From assembly GCA_963706575.1 (NCBI GenBank), contig CAVPNL010000003.1, forward strand, positions 32,001-96,000: DNA of 64,000 nucleotides, in the 5' to 3' direction. The translations under genes were made by a program, and so were the position numbers. This document shows, piece after piece, positions 1 to 11,649 of the stretch. Below the pieces are notes generated by a model that saw nothing but the letters and a program-made list of their open reading frames with translations, searched no databases and was not told the origin of the DNA. Origin of the DNA: an uncultured delta proteobacterium (GTDB taxonomy: Bacteria; Desulfobacterota; Desulfobacteria; Desulfobacterales; JAHEIW01). Every line of letters begins with the position of its first letter. Position 1 is the first letter of the stretch.

Positions 1-454
1 CAATTAAAAATACACTGTTGCTAATTAGCCAATGGTCCGCTTGATTAGAATAAAATACTTGCTCATAACCTAGAATATCTGTTTGCAACTCAAGTTTTGC
101 AGGGTCATCTGTCGTACGAACAAGGACATATTGTCCTTCAAGAACATTTGATAATTCTTCCCATCGTGGTATTAGATCTTCAGCATAATGCCCGCGATAT
201 CCTCCATTAGGATTTATGGGCAAGCCGCTAAAAAAAACAGCTTGATTGTCGGTTTGTGCGACATATTGCCGCGGTGCGGCCACCTTATTGGAGATCGACA
301 TTGAAGCAGAAAAAATAGTGCCACATGTACTCATACGATGCCAGCATGTTTTTGGATCTAACTGGGAATAGATGTCTTTCATTTGGCGCAATTCGGCCAA
401 AATCAACCCATGGCGATCTTTAGGTAAATTCCATCCAACTACAAATAGATTCAT
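1..454 (-). CDS. Partial CDS running off the window; asparagine-synthase-like (Ntn amidotransferase-like) N-terminus in the polysaccharide locus
   Basis: Manual translation from ATG at 454 (MNLFVVGWNLPK...LEGQYVLV...LELQTDILGYEQVFY...WLISNS) stays open to the window edge. Not in the ORF track. Confidence 0.55.
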   Translation of the reverse strand, partial: MNLFVVGWNLPKDRHGLILAELRQMKDIYSQLDPKTCWHRMSTCGTIFSASMSISNKVAAPRQYVAQTDNQAVFFSGLPINPNGGYRGHYAEDLIPRWEELSNVLEGQYVLVRTTDDPAKLELQTDILGYEQVFYSNQADHWLISNSVFLI

Positions 455-629
455 TAATTTTTATGCCTGACGAATAAATTCGAGTTTTGATTGGGTGTCG
501 GGAAGAATAACGCTGCGATGGTTAACATCGATAAGTTTTTTTATGATTTGTTTCGACAATTATTCTGAAATGTAAATATTTGAATTAAAAGATCTCTTTA
601 CTCATGCAGGTTTGAAAAACAGCGTCCGA

Positions 630-1997
630 TTATTGGAAAATATCTAAGGTATTCCATTTTCCGGTTGGGCTGTAATGAGTTTGCCATTTTAGCAATGGCC
701 TTAAAGCCCCCCCCATTTTTCCCGCGTAATCGCCACGTGCTGAATCACCATCCAAACTGTCGATGACTTGAAAAGAAACAACCTCAGGTTCATAAAAATA
801 CCAGTAGTTTTGAGCTGTTGTTTTCATCGATGCAGTAACAAAAAGCATACCTTCTGATAATAAATTTCCAGGAATCCAGGCCTTGCTTTTATAACGGCCC
901 TCCAAGCGCTTTTTCCCTCTCCATTCTGCATCCAAATCAACGGCCGAAAATACCCTTATACCTTCTTCATTGTGGAAATTAAAAAATGGCAGCATAAAAC
1001 AGTCAGGTTTTAGGACTTCATATTCCATTTCAATACCCACTGATCTGCGGATATCTACCGTATCAGCTATTTTGCCATTATCATCTAAAATCCTAACGGC
1101 ACGCAACCGCACCGCATCGTTGCCAGGTGAATTATCCTGTTCGTGCCATTCCCTTACAGCCATCGTGCCAGTCCCTGATTTCAGATAATCACGGACGACC
1201 TTGTCCGATGGGCCATCTGAAACAATTTGACCATTTTCCAAAAGAATAGTACGTTCACAGAGTCGGGATATCGCTGACATGTTGTGGGATACGAATAGAA
1301 CTGTGCGCCCCTGCTGACCCACAGTCTGCATTTTGTTGAGGCATTTTTTTTGAAATTCTGCGTCGCCAACGGCAAGTACCTCGTCTATGAGCAGAATTTC
1401 GGGTTCCAAATGGGCTGCGACGGCAAAAGCCAACCGAACCTTCATTCCATTAGAATATCTTTTCACCGGCGTATCGATAAATTTTTCAACACCAGAAAAA
1501 TCGACGATTTCATCAAATTTATAATCAATTTCCTTTTTCCGCATTCCCAATACGGTCCCGTTAAGATAAACATTTTCTCTGCCGGTTAATTCTGGATGAA
1601 AACCGGTACCGACCTCAATGAGGCTGGAGAGCCTCCCCCTAATTTCAATGTATCCTGTATTCGGAACAGTGATTTTTGAAAGAATTTTTAACAGGGTTGA
1701 CTTTCCTGCTCCATTCCTGCCAATTATTCCAAGGACCTCTCCTTTCTGCACTGAAAAAGAAATTCCTCTAAGAGCCCAAATGACGTCATTTGAATTCTTG
1801 AAAGAATTATTATAATTGCCGGATTCAAAATCGTCGAATTGGTAAAGGGAACGATATTTACGATAGTTTTTTACAGGTCTTTTAATAAAATCTAAAATAG
1901 CTCCGCCCACGCTATCATGAATGTCATCTTTCAGCCCAATACGGTATCGCTTAGTCAGCTTTTCTACTGTGATAACCATATTTTCATCAAGTCGCAT
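630..1997 (-). CDS. wzt: Polysaccharide ABC exporter ATP-binding subunit with C-terminal Wzt_C-like domain
   Basis: Walker A GRNGAGKST, GFHPELTGREN, YSNGM, IDEVLAVGD; ~190-aa C-terminal extension. Confidence 0.93.
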   Translation of the reverse strand: MRLDENMVITVEKLTKRYRIGLKDDIHDSVGGAILDFIKRPVKNYRKYRSLYQFDDFESGNYNNSFKNSNDVIWALRGISFSVQKGEVLGIIGRNGAGKSTLLKILSKITVPNTGYIEIRGRLSSLIEVGTGFHPELTGRENVYLNGTVLGMRKKEIDYKFDEIVDFSGVEKFIDTPVKRYSNGMKVRLAFAVAAHLEPEILLIDEVLAVGDAEFQKKCLNKMQTVGQQGRTVLFVSHNMSAISRLCERTILLENGQIVSDGPSDKVVRDYLKSGTGTMAVREWHEQDNSPGNDAVRLRAVRILDDNGKIADTVDIRRSVGIEMEYEVLKPDCFMLPFFNFHNEEGIRVFSAVDLDAEWRGKKRLEGRYKSKAWIPGNLLSEGMLFVTASMKTTAQNYWYFYEPEVVSFQVIDSLDGDSARGDYAGKMGGALRPLLKWQTHYSPTGKWNTLDIFQ

Positions 1998-2026
1998 TTT
2001 GCACTAATTTATCCAAATGGATTGTA

Positions 2027-2857
2027 TTATATTACATCTACAAAGACCCGTTCCATTTTCTTAAAATAGAACGCTCCGCCTATTAATATTATCAATGCGG
2101 TTAATATTCCCGGCCAGATAAAATGCCACGGCATTGGGTATCCCAATAAACATGCTCTAAAACCTTCTATCACACCCACGATCGGATTTAGAGAATAGTA
2201 GAAGCGAAAGGTTTCAGGTATGGATGATGCGGAATATACAATTGGTGCCGAATAAATTAACATCCGGATCAAAAAAGGCATCGCTAACTTAATATCTCGA
2301 AATCTTATGGCAAGCGCTGATAACCACATCCCAATACCGGCTGGAATTGAAATCATCAGAATGAGAAAAAGTGGAAAATAAAGTAGGTTGAAAGTTGGAT
2401 AAACGCGAAAATATATACCGACAAATAGAATAAGGAGAAGTGAGATACCGAAATCAACCAGTTTGCTTAAAACGGGAGTGATAGGAAATATTAGACGAGG
2501 AAAATAAATTTTCCCAAGCATATGTTGTCCTTGAATTAAGCTTTGACTAGAATTAGTCATAGCTTGCGATATGTAGGTCCATGGAATTATTGCCACAGTT
2601 GAAAATAGAACATAAGGAATTCCATCCGTAGATACATTGGCTACTTTCCCAAAAATAACAGTAAAAATAACAATTTGAACTAACGGCTGTAAAATGGCCC
2701 AAGAAAAACCGAGTATTGTCTGAGCATAAAGCACTTTTATATCTCGCCATACTAGAAAAAAGAATAAATCCCGGTAGTTCCAAAACTCACTTAAATTAAC
2801 CAATTGCCAGCCGCTGATTGGCTCGATAACTGTAATCGTGCTATCTTTTAATTCCAT
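2027..2857 (-). CDS. wzm: Polysaccharide ABC exporter permease
   Basis: RDIKVLYAQTILGFSWAILQP, KIYFPR and LNP motifs; multiple TM segments; adjacent to wzt. Confidence 0.92.
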   Translation of the reverse strand: MELKDSTITVIEPISGWQLVNLSEFWNYRDLFFFLVWRDIKVLYAQTILGFSWAILQPLVQIVIFTVIFGKVANVSTDGIPYVLFSTVAIIPWTYISQAMTNSSQSLIQGQHMLGKIYFPRLIFPITPVLSKLVDFGISLLLILFVGIYFRVYPTFNLLYFPLFLILMISIPAGIGMWLSALAIRFRDIKLAMPFLIRMLIYSAPIVYSASSIPETFRFYYSLNPIVGVIEGFRACLLGYPMPWHFIWPGILTALIILIGGAFYFKKMERVFVDVI

Positions 2858-2996
2858 TTTAGCATTATAAATTTTAAATGTATGAGTGTTTAAATAATAT
2901 AGTAGATTTTGATATTTATTAGATAATAATTTTAATATTTGTATATGCCAACTTTGTTATGCATCTATTGCCAAATAAAACAATAATCGCTTGTTA

Positions 2997-3021
2997 ACTT
3001 TACTTTACTTTACTTTACTTT
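2997..3021. repeat. (ACTTT)5 simple sequence repeat
   Basis: Five exact pentamers overlapping the stop codon of the 3020..4024 ORF. Confidence 0.9.
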
Positions 3022-4024
3022 AGTAATTTTGCTCGTTTGAAAAGTTTTCATAATTTTTGAATACGTCTATTGACTTAATTATTACATTTAGAGTTTTTTC
3101 ATTCAATTCCCTTTCTAACAACAGGGCAATTCGTTCAATATAATATATCCAACGGTAGCGTTTAAATAGTGGTAAAAAGGTTTCAGCAATTTTATGATTT
3201 TTTAATGCAATCCGCGTTTGTAATGCCAGGGCGGCATCCTTAATTTTCGGTATAAAACTAAAGGACATTCTATTATAATAAAGCTCTGTAAGAAAATAAT
3301 TGTAAAAATCATGTAACGCACTTCTTTTGCCGGCATCCGCCCAATCAATGACTCTTACTCCATTTGTCGTTTTTAAAATATTAACCAACGAAAAATCTCC
3401 ATGCGTAAAAACCAATGGAATTTTCGATTTTTCCGAATTAAGCTTATTTAGTAAAGATAGAATAAATTCCTCAATTTTAGTTTCAGTTATTTTTTTTTTA
3501 TGAAAAATTAAATTTCTACGCGTATCAATAATTTTTACTAAATCAGATAAATACTCCTTAATTTCGATATAGACGGGTTCAGTCACCAAAATTATGTTTT
3601 GCAAGCACCAAACAATCTCTTCGTGATAGAGTTCTTGGAATAAAGGTTGTTCCGAATCCGGGTAAAAAAAACAGGGGCTGCCAATTATATAGTCTTCCTC
3701 ATACCATCGTTCCTGAATATTCCAATTTCTGAGTTTAGGAGTAAAATCAAATTTGTTGGCTTTTTTAACGGCTTCAATTTCTTTTTTAACACTCTTATCG
3801 TCAACTTCTTGAGAAATAGTTTTGATAACGACTTTTTTATCGAAATCAAAAATTCTCAGCCCTCTGTGAACAATTAAACATACATTGCTGTTGAATGGAA
3901 GCTCTAAAATACTTGACGACTTAGGCAAATAAATTTGATACTGGATCAATTTTTTGAGTGTTGCTATAACATTTGCTGCAGAAATATTTCTATGCAGCTC
4001 GAGTGACTTCTTATACAAAAACAA
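3020..4024 (-). CDS. Aminoglycoside-phosphotransferase/kinase-like protein, probably the C-terminal part of a frameshifted fusion spanning 3020..5125
   Basis: HGDFSLVNI...IDW catalytic-loop motif; weak TTG start; frame joins the upstream ORF if one T is removed near 4040. Confidence 0.65.
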   Translation of the reverse strand: MFLYKKSLELHRNISAANVIATLKKLIQYQIYLPKSSSILELPFNSNVCLIVHRGLRIFDFDKKVVIKTISQEVDDKSVKKEIEAVKKANKFDFTPKLRNWNIQERWYEEDYIIGSPCFFYPDSEQPLFQELYHEEIVWCLQNIILVTEPVYIEIKEYLSDLVKIIDTRRNLIFHKKKITETKIEEFILSLLNKLNSEKSKIPLVFTHGDFSLVNILKTTNGVRVIDWADAGKRSALHDFYNYFLTELYYNRMSFSFIPKIKDAALALQTRIALKNHKIAETFLPLFKRYRWIYYIERIALLLERELNEKTLNVIIKSIDVFKNYENFSNEQNY

Positions 4025-5125
4025 ATAACGGGCAAGAACAAAAAGGATTCTGATTTAAGCGAAAGTAGGCCCTGTTAATTTTCACAAATTTATGATTTGA
4101 TTGGATATTTTCAATTGAATTAAACAATTTTAATTTATCAATTTTTTTGATATTGGTTTTTTTATCTGTATTCCATTTGCTGACAAAATTCTTAATTTCT
4201 TTTTCAGTGTAAAAATGTTTGATAAATTTTGAATTATAAAATTTATTAAGATAATTTTCGGGGAAGTCGATTTGTTGCTTAAATCTGGCATATAACGGCA
4301 CTATATAATTTATCCGAACCAACGTTTTCATGTATTAGTTTGAAGTTATCGATATTTAAAAATTTTTTGAATGCCTCACTTGGCACACCTGTTAAGATCC
4401 TCCAACCGTATCAACAACACATCCGCTATTTTATCGTTAATTATTTGGTAGCCACTTGATTTTGGGAAATCACGGTCGTAGACATCAACTCCAAAAACAG
4501 CCTTAAGCTCCTGATCGAAAAATTCAAGCGGCGTATCATGGCGAAGTTTCGCAAAAAAAAGTTCTACAAGTACATGAACATCATCCAACTTCACAGTTAT
4601 CGGAGAAATGCCATAATAATCTGATTCTATTACAAATGTGTCGTTGTTTTGAATGGGTCGCAATTGAAGATTTTCAAAAAAAGTTGAAACGTTACGGGCA
4701 ATTGGATCCCGGGTTAAGGTGATAATATTCCATTTCTTGTTACTCAACCCTCTGTCTATCTGATTGCGGAGGAATTGGTTGAGCCAGGGGCGCCTCAAAT
4801 AAGGTTCTCGTTGAGTTCGGAAATATTTTTGGCGTTGCTTTTCAGTCTCTGCAATTCGCGCTTCGGTTAATAAATGGGAATGGTAAAGCGGCATGTCTAG
4901 ATTAAGGACTTCCAGGCTCTTTTTTACGGATTTCGAGCCTACCTTCCCCATTTGATAAATGATCAGCGGTGACCCCGAAGATTGCTTTAGTTCTCTGCCC
5001 TTCTCATACATGTAATAAAATTTTGCAAAGCGGTAATTTTTGCGGGCCAGTCCTAAAGGTATTTGCAAACTTCTTTTTATAAGTTTGTTAAAAAACTTCA
5101 GCACGCTAATCATTAAATCTATCAT
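4011..5125 (-). CDS. Putative capsular polysaccharide synthesis protein (NKWYS-like, sulfotransferase-like fold), split by frameshifts
   Basis: YQMGKVGSKSV and RDPIARNVSTFF motifs. Bridging frame reads EAFKKFLNIDNFKLIHENVGSDKLYS, then PLYARFK...HFYTEKEI in ORF 4011..4331. Confidence 0.65.
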
Positions 5126-5185
5126 TCATTTTTATGATGATACAGCATCTGTGTGAATACAGAATAATTTTTACCAAAATTTCAT

Positions 5186-7778
5186 TTAGGGCAATACATC
5201 TAACGCATCGATGGCAACAAGGTTTCCCTTTGATTCGGAATTTTTTCTTCCGCTGACCTCTATCATAACAGTATGCGGCGATGGAGATAACCCATCAATT
5301 CGATATAGGGGTAACATTGTCAATCTATCCCGACTGTACTGATCCACGTCAGCGATGAATTCACCATCAATAAAAATCTTGCTGATTCCCAGATCCGGTG
5401 CTTTTGGCCCGATCAAAACAATACTCCTTCCGATAAAACTAAGACTGGCCTTGTCTGAGATCGTATCCGATATACTTACAGTTGAGGCGCTATAATCATC
5501 ACTTTTAACAATTTTCCAGTTACCCTGGTATTGAAAAATCTCTCTATTGTTTTCATATCTGAAAGGCCTATTATTTAGCATTTTCCAATTATTTCCATTG
5601 GTATTCGAAATAAACAAGCTTTCTTCAGACGCAATCAAAATGATTTTATCTTTTTTATAATTATTTGAAAATTCAATCCATCGTATTTCTTGCTGATGAA
5701 TTATTGAGTCCGGTGCGATCTTCTTGAAACTATTGCCTGCATCCATGCTTCGAAACACGCCTTTACCCCTAATGCTGATGATTATGGTGCGATCTTTTGC
5801 AAAATTTGGAGAAATCGCCAAGCCCATTATATAGCCATTTCCACCAGAGCCGCATACATCTAATTCTGTCCAATATTCGCCACCATTCGTGCTTTTATAT
5901 AATCCTTCAGAGCTCCCTGCAAATAGTGTTTTGTCGATTTTAAATCCAGGGGATATATCGATAAACGTATCATTTATTCTAGTCGCTGAATATTTTGGAT
6001 AATCTTGCCATTTTAAAATATAATTCAGACCATAGTTGCTGGGGATCCAGATGTCACCACCATCAATGGTCTTGTAAATGCCCTTTCCGCGGATGCTGCA
6101 AAACAATGTTTTATCGGACTGATAATTAGGTGAAATGGCTAAGGAAGTAATGGTGCGATTTTCTTTTCCTTTCCAAAGTGATCTGAACTTTTTGCCTCTA
6201 TCATTGGACACATAAAGTCCATCTGACCTTGTACCGAAGAATAAAATTCCATCGTTAGAGTAACTGGGAGATAGCTTGATTACAGTGGGATATGGTCTTG
6301 ACCGATAAGAGTCGCTAGATAGTTTTGTCCGGATGAAGTTCCCAAATCTTTTTAGCATTTTGGATTCATGTGTTTTTTTTTGGATATAATGATCTATACT
6401 TTCCTTCCAGCTTTTGGTTACAATTTGATTCAGGTTCCAATTTTTACCTTGATCTGTCGACGCAATAATACAATTTTTATAAGCAGCGAACGTCGTATTG
6501 TCGGAGGCAAAATCAGGTGAAAAAGTAATATCAGTCAATCGGGTTTTCCTTAATCCTTTATTCCTTGTATTCCATGTATTGCCTTGATCTTCTGAAAAAT
6601 ATATACCGCCTCCATATGTAATAACTCCGATAGATATTTTATTTTTGCGGTTGGAGTTTATGGAAATCCCTTTTATCGCTTTCAGCGGGAAGGTTTCCAG
6701 CTGAATCCAGCTCTTACCATTATTGGAACTTTTAAATAAACCGTCAAAGCCTCCTAAAAATAGGGATTTATCTTTGCTAAAATTATTTGATAGTCTTATA
6801 TCTCTAAAGTGTGGGGATTTATAGTAGCTCGAATCAGCTTGACTATCTGAAGAAAGTCCATTTTCAATTTTATGCCAATCTGTCCCGCCATTTTTAGTAT
6901 AGAAAACAGCTTCGTACCAGGTAGATGCGAAAACTGTATTATTTTGTTTCGGGTCATTGGAAATCGCCAGACTTCTAATATTGGCGTCGATCGGGAGTCC
7001 ACTGATTTGTTGATACAAATTGGTTGCCCCCGTCGGTGGATTTAAAAACTCCATTTTTCTCAGTTCCGATGTACACTGTTCCATTAATGGAATAGTTGGG
7101 AGAAAAAGCGATAGAATTTATCGCACCCCATTTTAAATCGTGTTGGAGAAGGCGCCAGGTATCACCCAAATCTTTTGAAACATATAGATAGCCAGTGGAA
7201 CTGCCTGCCATGATCAAATGGCTTTCGTTGTTGTGATATACAGCAATTGCCGAAATCAAAATTTCCCCCAGAACTTTTCTCCAATTCTTCCCATTATTTG
7301 AAGTTCTGTATACCCCCCCCTTGCTGCTTGCAGCCAATACAAATTCATCGCCTTCGGAATGAAAGATTGACAATAGATTAATATTTAGATTTTCAAAACC
7401 ACGGTTAGCTTTATTCCATGAAACGCCACCATCTTCTGAGCGGTAAACACCGTCGCCATCCGAAGATATATAAAGTGTCTTGTTTTTTTCATATAAAGGC
7501 GAGATGGCAATTGATGAAAACGGATATCTATTGTCCAATCCGTTAACCAATTTTTCCCAACTATGACCTCCATCGGTAGATTTTTTTAAAAGGTCGAGCA
7601 TGGAAATGAAAATCGTTTGGTCTTTTGAAAAAACAGGTGATATTTCAACTACTTCGATAACGTCATGGGGAGAATGTGCTTCGCTATTTTCAGAATTGAA
7701 CAAGAATGTTCCGAATAACAGGATGGACAAGATAATTGGGAAGTAATGACTTTTTAACTTATTTATTAAATTTTCCAT
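5186..7778 (-). CDS. Secreted BNR/Asp-box (YCF48/sortilin-like) beta-propeller protein with C-terminal beta-sandwich; split by one frameshift near 7000
   Basis: Signal-peptide-like N-terminus; many SxDGGxxW repeats in both ORFs (6975..7778, 5186..7084); frames join at FVSTN/SGLPID. Confidence 0.75.
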
Positions 7779-7894
7779 TTATAGCGGTCGGCATATCAAC
7801 CTATCGGTATCACCAGCAATAGATTATCGGACAGATTTTGTCTCCGGCAAGCGATTGATATTTCGTGATTCACAATCCAATCGATAAATAAACG

Positions 7895-9182
7895 TTATTC
7901 ACAGAAAAACGCATTATTTTGTGCCTCGCGCAGTTTGTCGCAAAGACGAGCTGCCGGCAACTCCACGTCCGTATATTTAATGGCTTGATCTTTGTTTATT
8001 TTGTGCTTGAGAATGCACCCTTGAGACAACCCTATTGGCAGGAGATTTTCCTTATAGCTTACCTCTGCGTTTTCTAAGAGCCCATAGACACAAAACCCTC
8101 CCAGACAGTCAATCTTGTCACCGGCTTGAAGGGTCTTTTTTGCAACAGCGATGACATCACAAACAGGGCCGGCAGCGGGGGAGATTACCGCATCTTGAAA
8201 AAGCACCGCACGGGCAACAGATAAGGGCACTTCAAGATGGCAAATGTGATACGGTGTGTAGAATACATATAAAGGTCCATCCCCCATTTTATAATAATTC
8301 AAATACTGTCTTTGAATCGGGTGCTCATTAAAGCCTAAGACAAAAACACCCCCGGGGGGATTTGAGCAAAGTATATAATCGACCAAGCCAGTATCAATCA
8401 TTTGGTCAATTGGAAATAAATTGGCAGCCTCGCTTACATGATTGCAGCGGGGACCATACATGCCACGCTTACCTACTCTAAAGCCTGTGGCATTTGCGAC
8501 GACAGCCATCTCCATCGATATTTTTGTGCCATCAGCAAAAGAAGTCACCATAGAAGGCTTTTGCATATATTTTTCGGCATATGATTTCTGGGTTTCCGGA
8601 GTCCGATAGAAATCCTGAAGTCCTTTCATATTCCCCGCTAAAACTGGCTTGCATCCGATGCCTTTAACATATCGATACAGATTCATAATTACACCGGGTT
8701 GATCCCCGTCAGAGTTGGTAATAATCACCCCAGCACGGTCGGCATACGTTTTTAGAATCGGTCCGACGGTTGCGTCGAGTTCGGCATTCATCAAAACCAC
8801 ATGTTTTTTATTTTCAATCGCTTTTAATACGATATGAGCGCCAAATTCAATCGTACCAGTCACTTCAACAATGGCATCGATCCCCTGTGCTTCGCAAAGC
8901 AATAATGCGTTATCCGTAATCGTATATTGACTTTGGCCAATCGCTTCCTCAAGCTGTTCAACAGTTTCGACAGTTACCACGTTGTCAATATTTGCACTGC
9001 CCAAATGCCCTTTTGGCCTCTGATATGTTACGGTTAGATATCGCAACTAATCTCATCCCCTTGGTAAAATTGATGATTTGAAGTGCAATTCCGCGGCCCA
9101 TGTAACCGGCACCAACCAGCGCTACGCGGATGGGTTTTTTTTCGTTATGTAATTCTTCCAAGGCCTTATCTATGATAATCAC
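7895..9182 (-). CDS. NAD(P)-dependent oxidoreductase with C-terminal SAF domain (homoserine-dehydrogenase-like); frameshift near 9000
   Basis: GAGYMG Rossmann motif in 8985..9182; DGDQPG, FADGTK and SAF-like tail in 7895..9046. Confidence 0.8.
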
Positions 9183-9213
9183 CGGGTTACCCTCAATTCG
9201 CTCTGATCAGAAT

Positions 9214-9747
9214 TTAAGATTTGAAATCCGGCCACTTTTTATCTTTCTCGGAGATAATTGGATTTGCAATTCTTGGCCATTTGATATTAATTAAAGGATC
9301 GTTCCAACGAATTCCGCATTCGGATCCGGGGGAATAGAACTGGGAGACTTGGTAGAATACTTCCGTATTATCCGCAAGAGTGAGATAGCCATGTGCGAAA
9401 TTCTCCGGGACGTAAAGCATCTTGCGGTTCTCCGAGCTGAGCTCAAAACTCAACCATTGTAAATATGTTGAAGATTCTTGACGCAAATCTACAATGACAT
9501 CATATATTTTCCCTCTGGTACAACGAATAATTTTAGCCTCTGCGTAAGGCGCAATTTGGTAGTGTATCCCTCTCAGGGTGCCTTTGGTGGCGTTAAATGA
9601 AAGATTACACTGGACGAAATTCTGGTTTAGACCGTGGTCTTGAAATTCTTTTTGACACCAGGCTCGCGAAAAGAACCCCCGGTCATCTATAATTTTCTCA
9701 AGTTCAATTATAAAAGAACCTTTTAGGCGGGTTTCTTTAAAAATCAT
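9214..9747 (-). CDS. rfbC: dTDP-4-dehydrorhamnose 3,5-epimerase family
   Basis: DDRGFF, GTLRGIHYQ, FAHGY motifs. Confidence 0.92.
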   Translation of the reverse strand: MIFKETRLKGSFIIELEKIIDDRGFFSRAWCQKEFQDHGLNQNFVQCNLSFNATKGTLRGIHYQIAPYAEAKIIRCTRGKIYDVIVDLRQESSTYLQWLSFELSSENRKMLYVPENFAHGYLTLADNTEVFYQVSQFYSPGSECGIRWNDPLINIKWPRIANPIISEKDKKWPDFKS

Positions 9748-9764
9748 GGCAATGTTTCTTTATC

Positions 9765-10853
9765 TCAAGTCGGCTTTTCATTTTGCGCTTCAAAACGTGC
9801 TATCTGTCCAAAAGTTATTTCACGCATGTCTTTACCTTCGGCATACGCTTTAAACCATCTCACAATCCATTCCAGTGTCGTTTCAAGCTTTAGTTTTGGT
9901 TCCCAATTAAGAAGCGTTCTGGCTTTTGAGCAGTCCAGCTTTAGAAGTGTGTCTTCATGCACAATTTGATTCTGTTCATTTATCCATCGAGCATTTTGAC
10001 CCCATTTATCAATTAAATAGTCTGCTATCCACCAGACGGGCTTGGCATCTTCTTCCCGGGGGCCGAAATTCCAGGCTCCCTCAAATTTTTCCCCGTATTC
10101 CCACAGGTGCTCAGCTAATGATAGATAACCGCTAAGCGGCACAAGAACATGCTGCCAGGGGCGAATCGCGTTTGGATACCGAATTGTTGTCGGTCGGTTC
10201 TCCAACAGTCCCCTGACGATATCAGGAACCAGTCTATCTGCCGCCCAATCGCCACCTCCAATTACGTTGCCTGCCCTGGTAGATGCCACAGATACAGGCT
10301 GCTCCCGGTCTTTGATTCCTGAAAAGTATGATTCTCGATAGGCAGATGTAACCAATTCAGCACACCCCTTGCTACTAGAATATGGATCCCGACCTCCGAG
10401 CGTATCCTGCTCTCTGTAACCCCATAACCACTCTTTGTTTTCATAGCATTTATCGCTGGTAATAACTAACAAAACCCTGACACATTTGGCCAATCTGACA
10501 GCTTCAAGAATATTTACCGTGCCCATCACATTTGTGGAATAAGTCTCAATGGGATTTTTGTAAGACATACGGACGATCGGTTGAGCCGCCATATGGATAA
10601 TAATCTCCGGATTATATTTTGCCACTGTTGAACTAAAATGATCTAAATCGCGAATATCCCCCTCGATTGATCTCATATTCTCTGCAACACGGGCAATTTC
10701 AAATAAACTGGGCTCAGTTGGCGGAGGCAAGGAATATCCAATTGCGTTGGCACCTTTGCTTTGCAGCCATAGTGACAGCCAACTGCCCTTAAAGCCTGTA
10801 TGCCCAGTAATGAGTACAGTTTTTTGCTTCCAGAAATTGGCTTCCATTACCAT
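9765..10853 (-). CDS. rfbG: CDP-glucose 4,6-dehydratase
   Basis: TGHTGFKGSWL, SDKCY, YSSSK, RAGNVIGGGDW. Confidence 0.95.
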   Translation of the reverse strand: MVMEANFWKQKTVLITGHTGFKGSWLSLWLQSKGANAIGYSLPPPTEPSLFEIARVAENMRSIEGDIRDLDHFSSTVAKYNPEIIIHMAAQPIVRMSYKNPIETYSTNVMGTVNILEAVRLAKCVRVLLVITSDKCYENKEWLWGYREQDTLGGRDPYSSSKGCAELVTSAYRESYFSGIKDREQPVSVASTRAGNVIGGGDWAADRLVPDIVRGLLENRPTTIRYPNAIRPWQHVLVPLSGYLSLAEHLWEYGEKFEGAWNFGPREEDAKPVWWIADYLIDKWGQNARWINEQNQIVHEDTLLKLDCSKARTLLNWEPKLKLETTLEWIVRWFKAYAEGKDMREITFGQIARFEAQNEKPT

Positions 10854-11620
10854 ATTTTCCATGGAGGGTTATCACTCTGCCATAATTGTTCCAGCACATT
10901 CTTGTCTCTTAGCGTGTCCATGTTCTGCCAGTATCCGTCATGGCGATAGGCGGCAAGCAGATTATTGCGCGCCAGCTGTACCAATGGTTCCTGCTCCCAT
11001 ACGGTTGAATCATCACTGATATAGTTAATGGCTTCAGGTTCTACTACAAAAAAACCACCATTTATCCAGGCGCTGCCCCCCTTAGGCTTTTCTCTGAATC
11101 TGGAGATCAGAATTTGGTCATCTTCTAAATTAAAAACGCCAAACCTTCCAGGCGGCTGCACTGCCGTTAAGGTGACCATCGCCTTTTGGTTCTTGTGAAA
11201 CGCCACCAGTTTTTTGATGTCCAAATCCGTTACACCGTCCCCGTAGGTCAGGCAAAAGGTGTCATTGCCGATATAGTCTTTAATTCGTTTAATGCGTCCG
11301 CCGGTCATGGTTTTTTCTCCGGTGTCGACAAGCGTCACGCGCCAGGGTTCTGTCTCGTTTTGGTGAATCTGCATATCGTTGTGGCGCAAATCAAACGTAA
11401 TATTGGACATATGAAGTGAATAGGTTGCAAAATACTCTTTGATCACGTAACCCTTATAACCCAGACAGATGATAAAATCATCAATACCGGCAGCAGAATA
11501 GATCTTCATAATGTGCCATAGAATCGGTTTGTCGCCAATCGCCACCATGGGTTTGGGTTTGATGCCGGTTTCCTCCGAGATGCGCGTTCCGAACCCTCCG
11601 GCTAAAATAACTGCTTTCAT
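10847..11620 (-). CDS. rfbF: Glucose-1-phosphate cytidylyltransferase
   Basis: LAGGFGTRISEE, MDTLRDK, PPWKIW. Confidence 0.95.
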   Translation of the reverse strand: MKAVILAGGFGTRISEETGIKPKPMVAIGDKPILWHIMKIYSAAGIDDFIICLGYKGYVIKEYFATYSLHMSNITFDLRHNDMQIHQNETEPWRVTLVDTGEKTMTGGRIKRIKDYIGNDTFCLTYGDGVTDLDIKKLVAFHKNQKAMVTLTAVQPPGRFGVFNLEDDQILISRFREKPKGGSAWINGGFFVVEPEAINYISDDSTVWEQEPLVQLARNNLLAAYRHDGYWQNMDTLRDKNVLEQLWQSDNPPWKIW

Positions 11621-11649
11621 ATTAAATCTTCTCCTTAGAAAACGATGCT

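Noticed and set aside
2946..2975. Possible sigma54 site upstream of wzm
   Set aside because: GG-to-GC spacing is wrong (TGGCAATAGATGCA)
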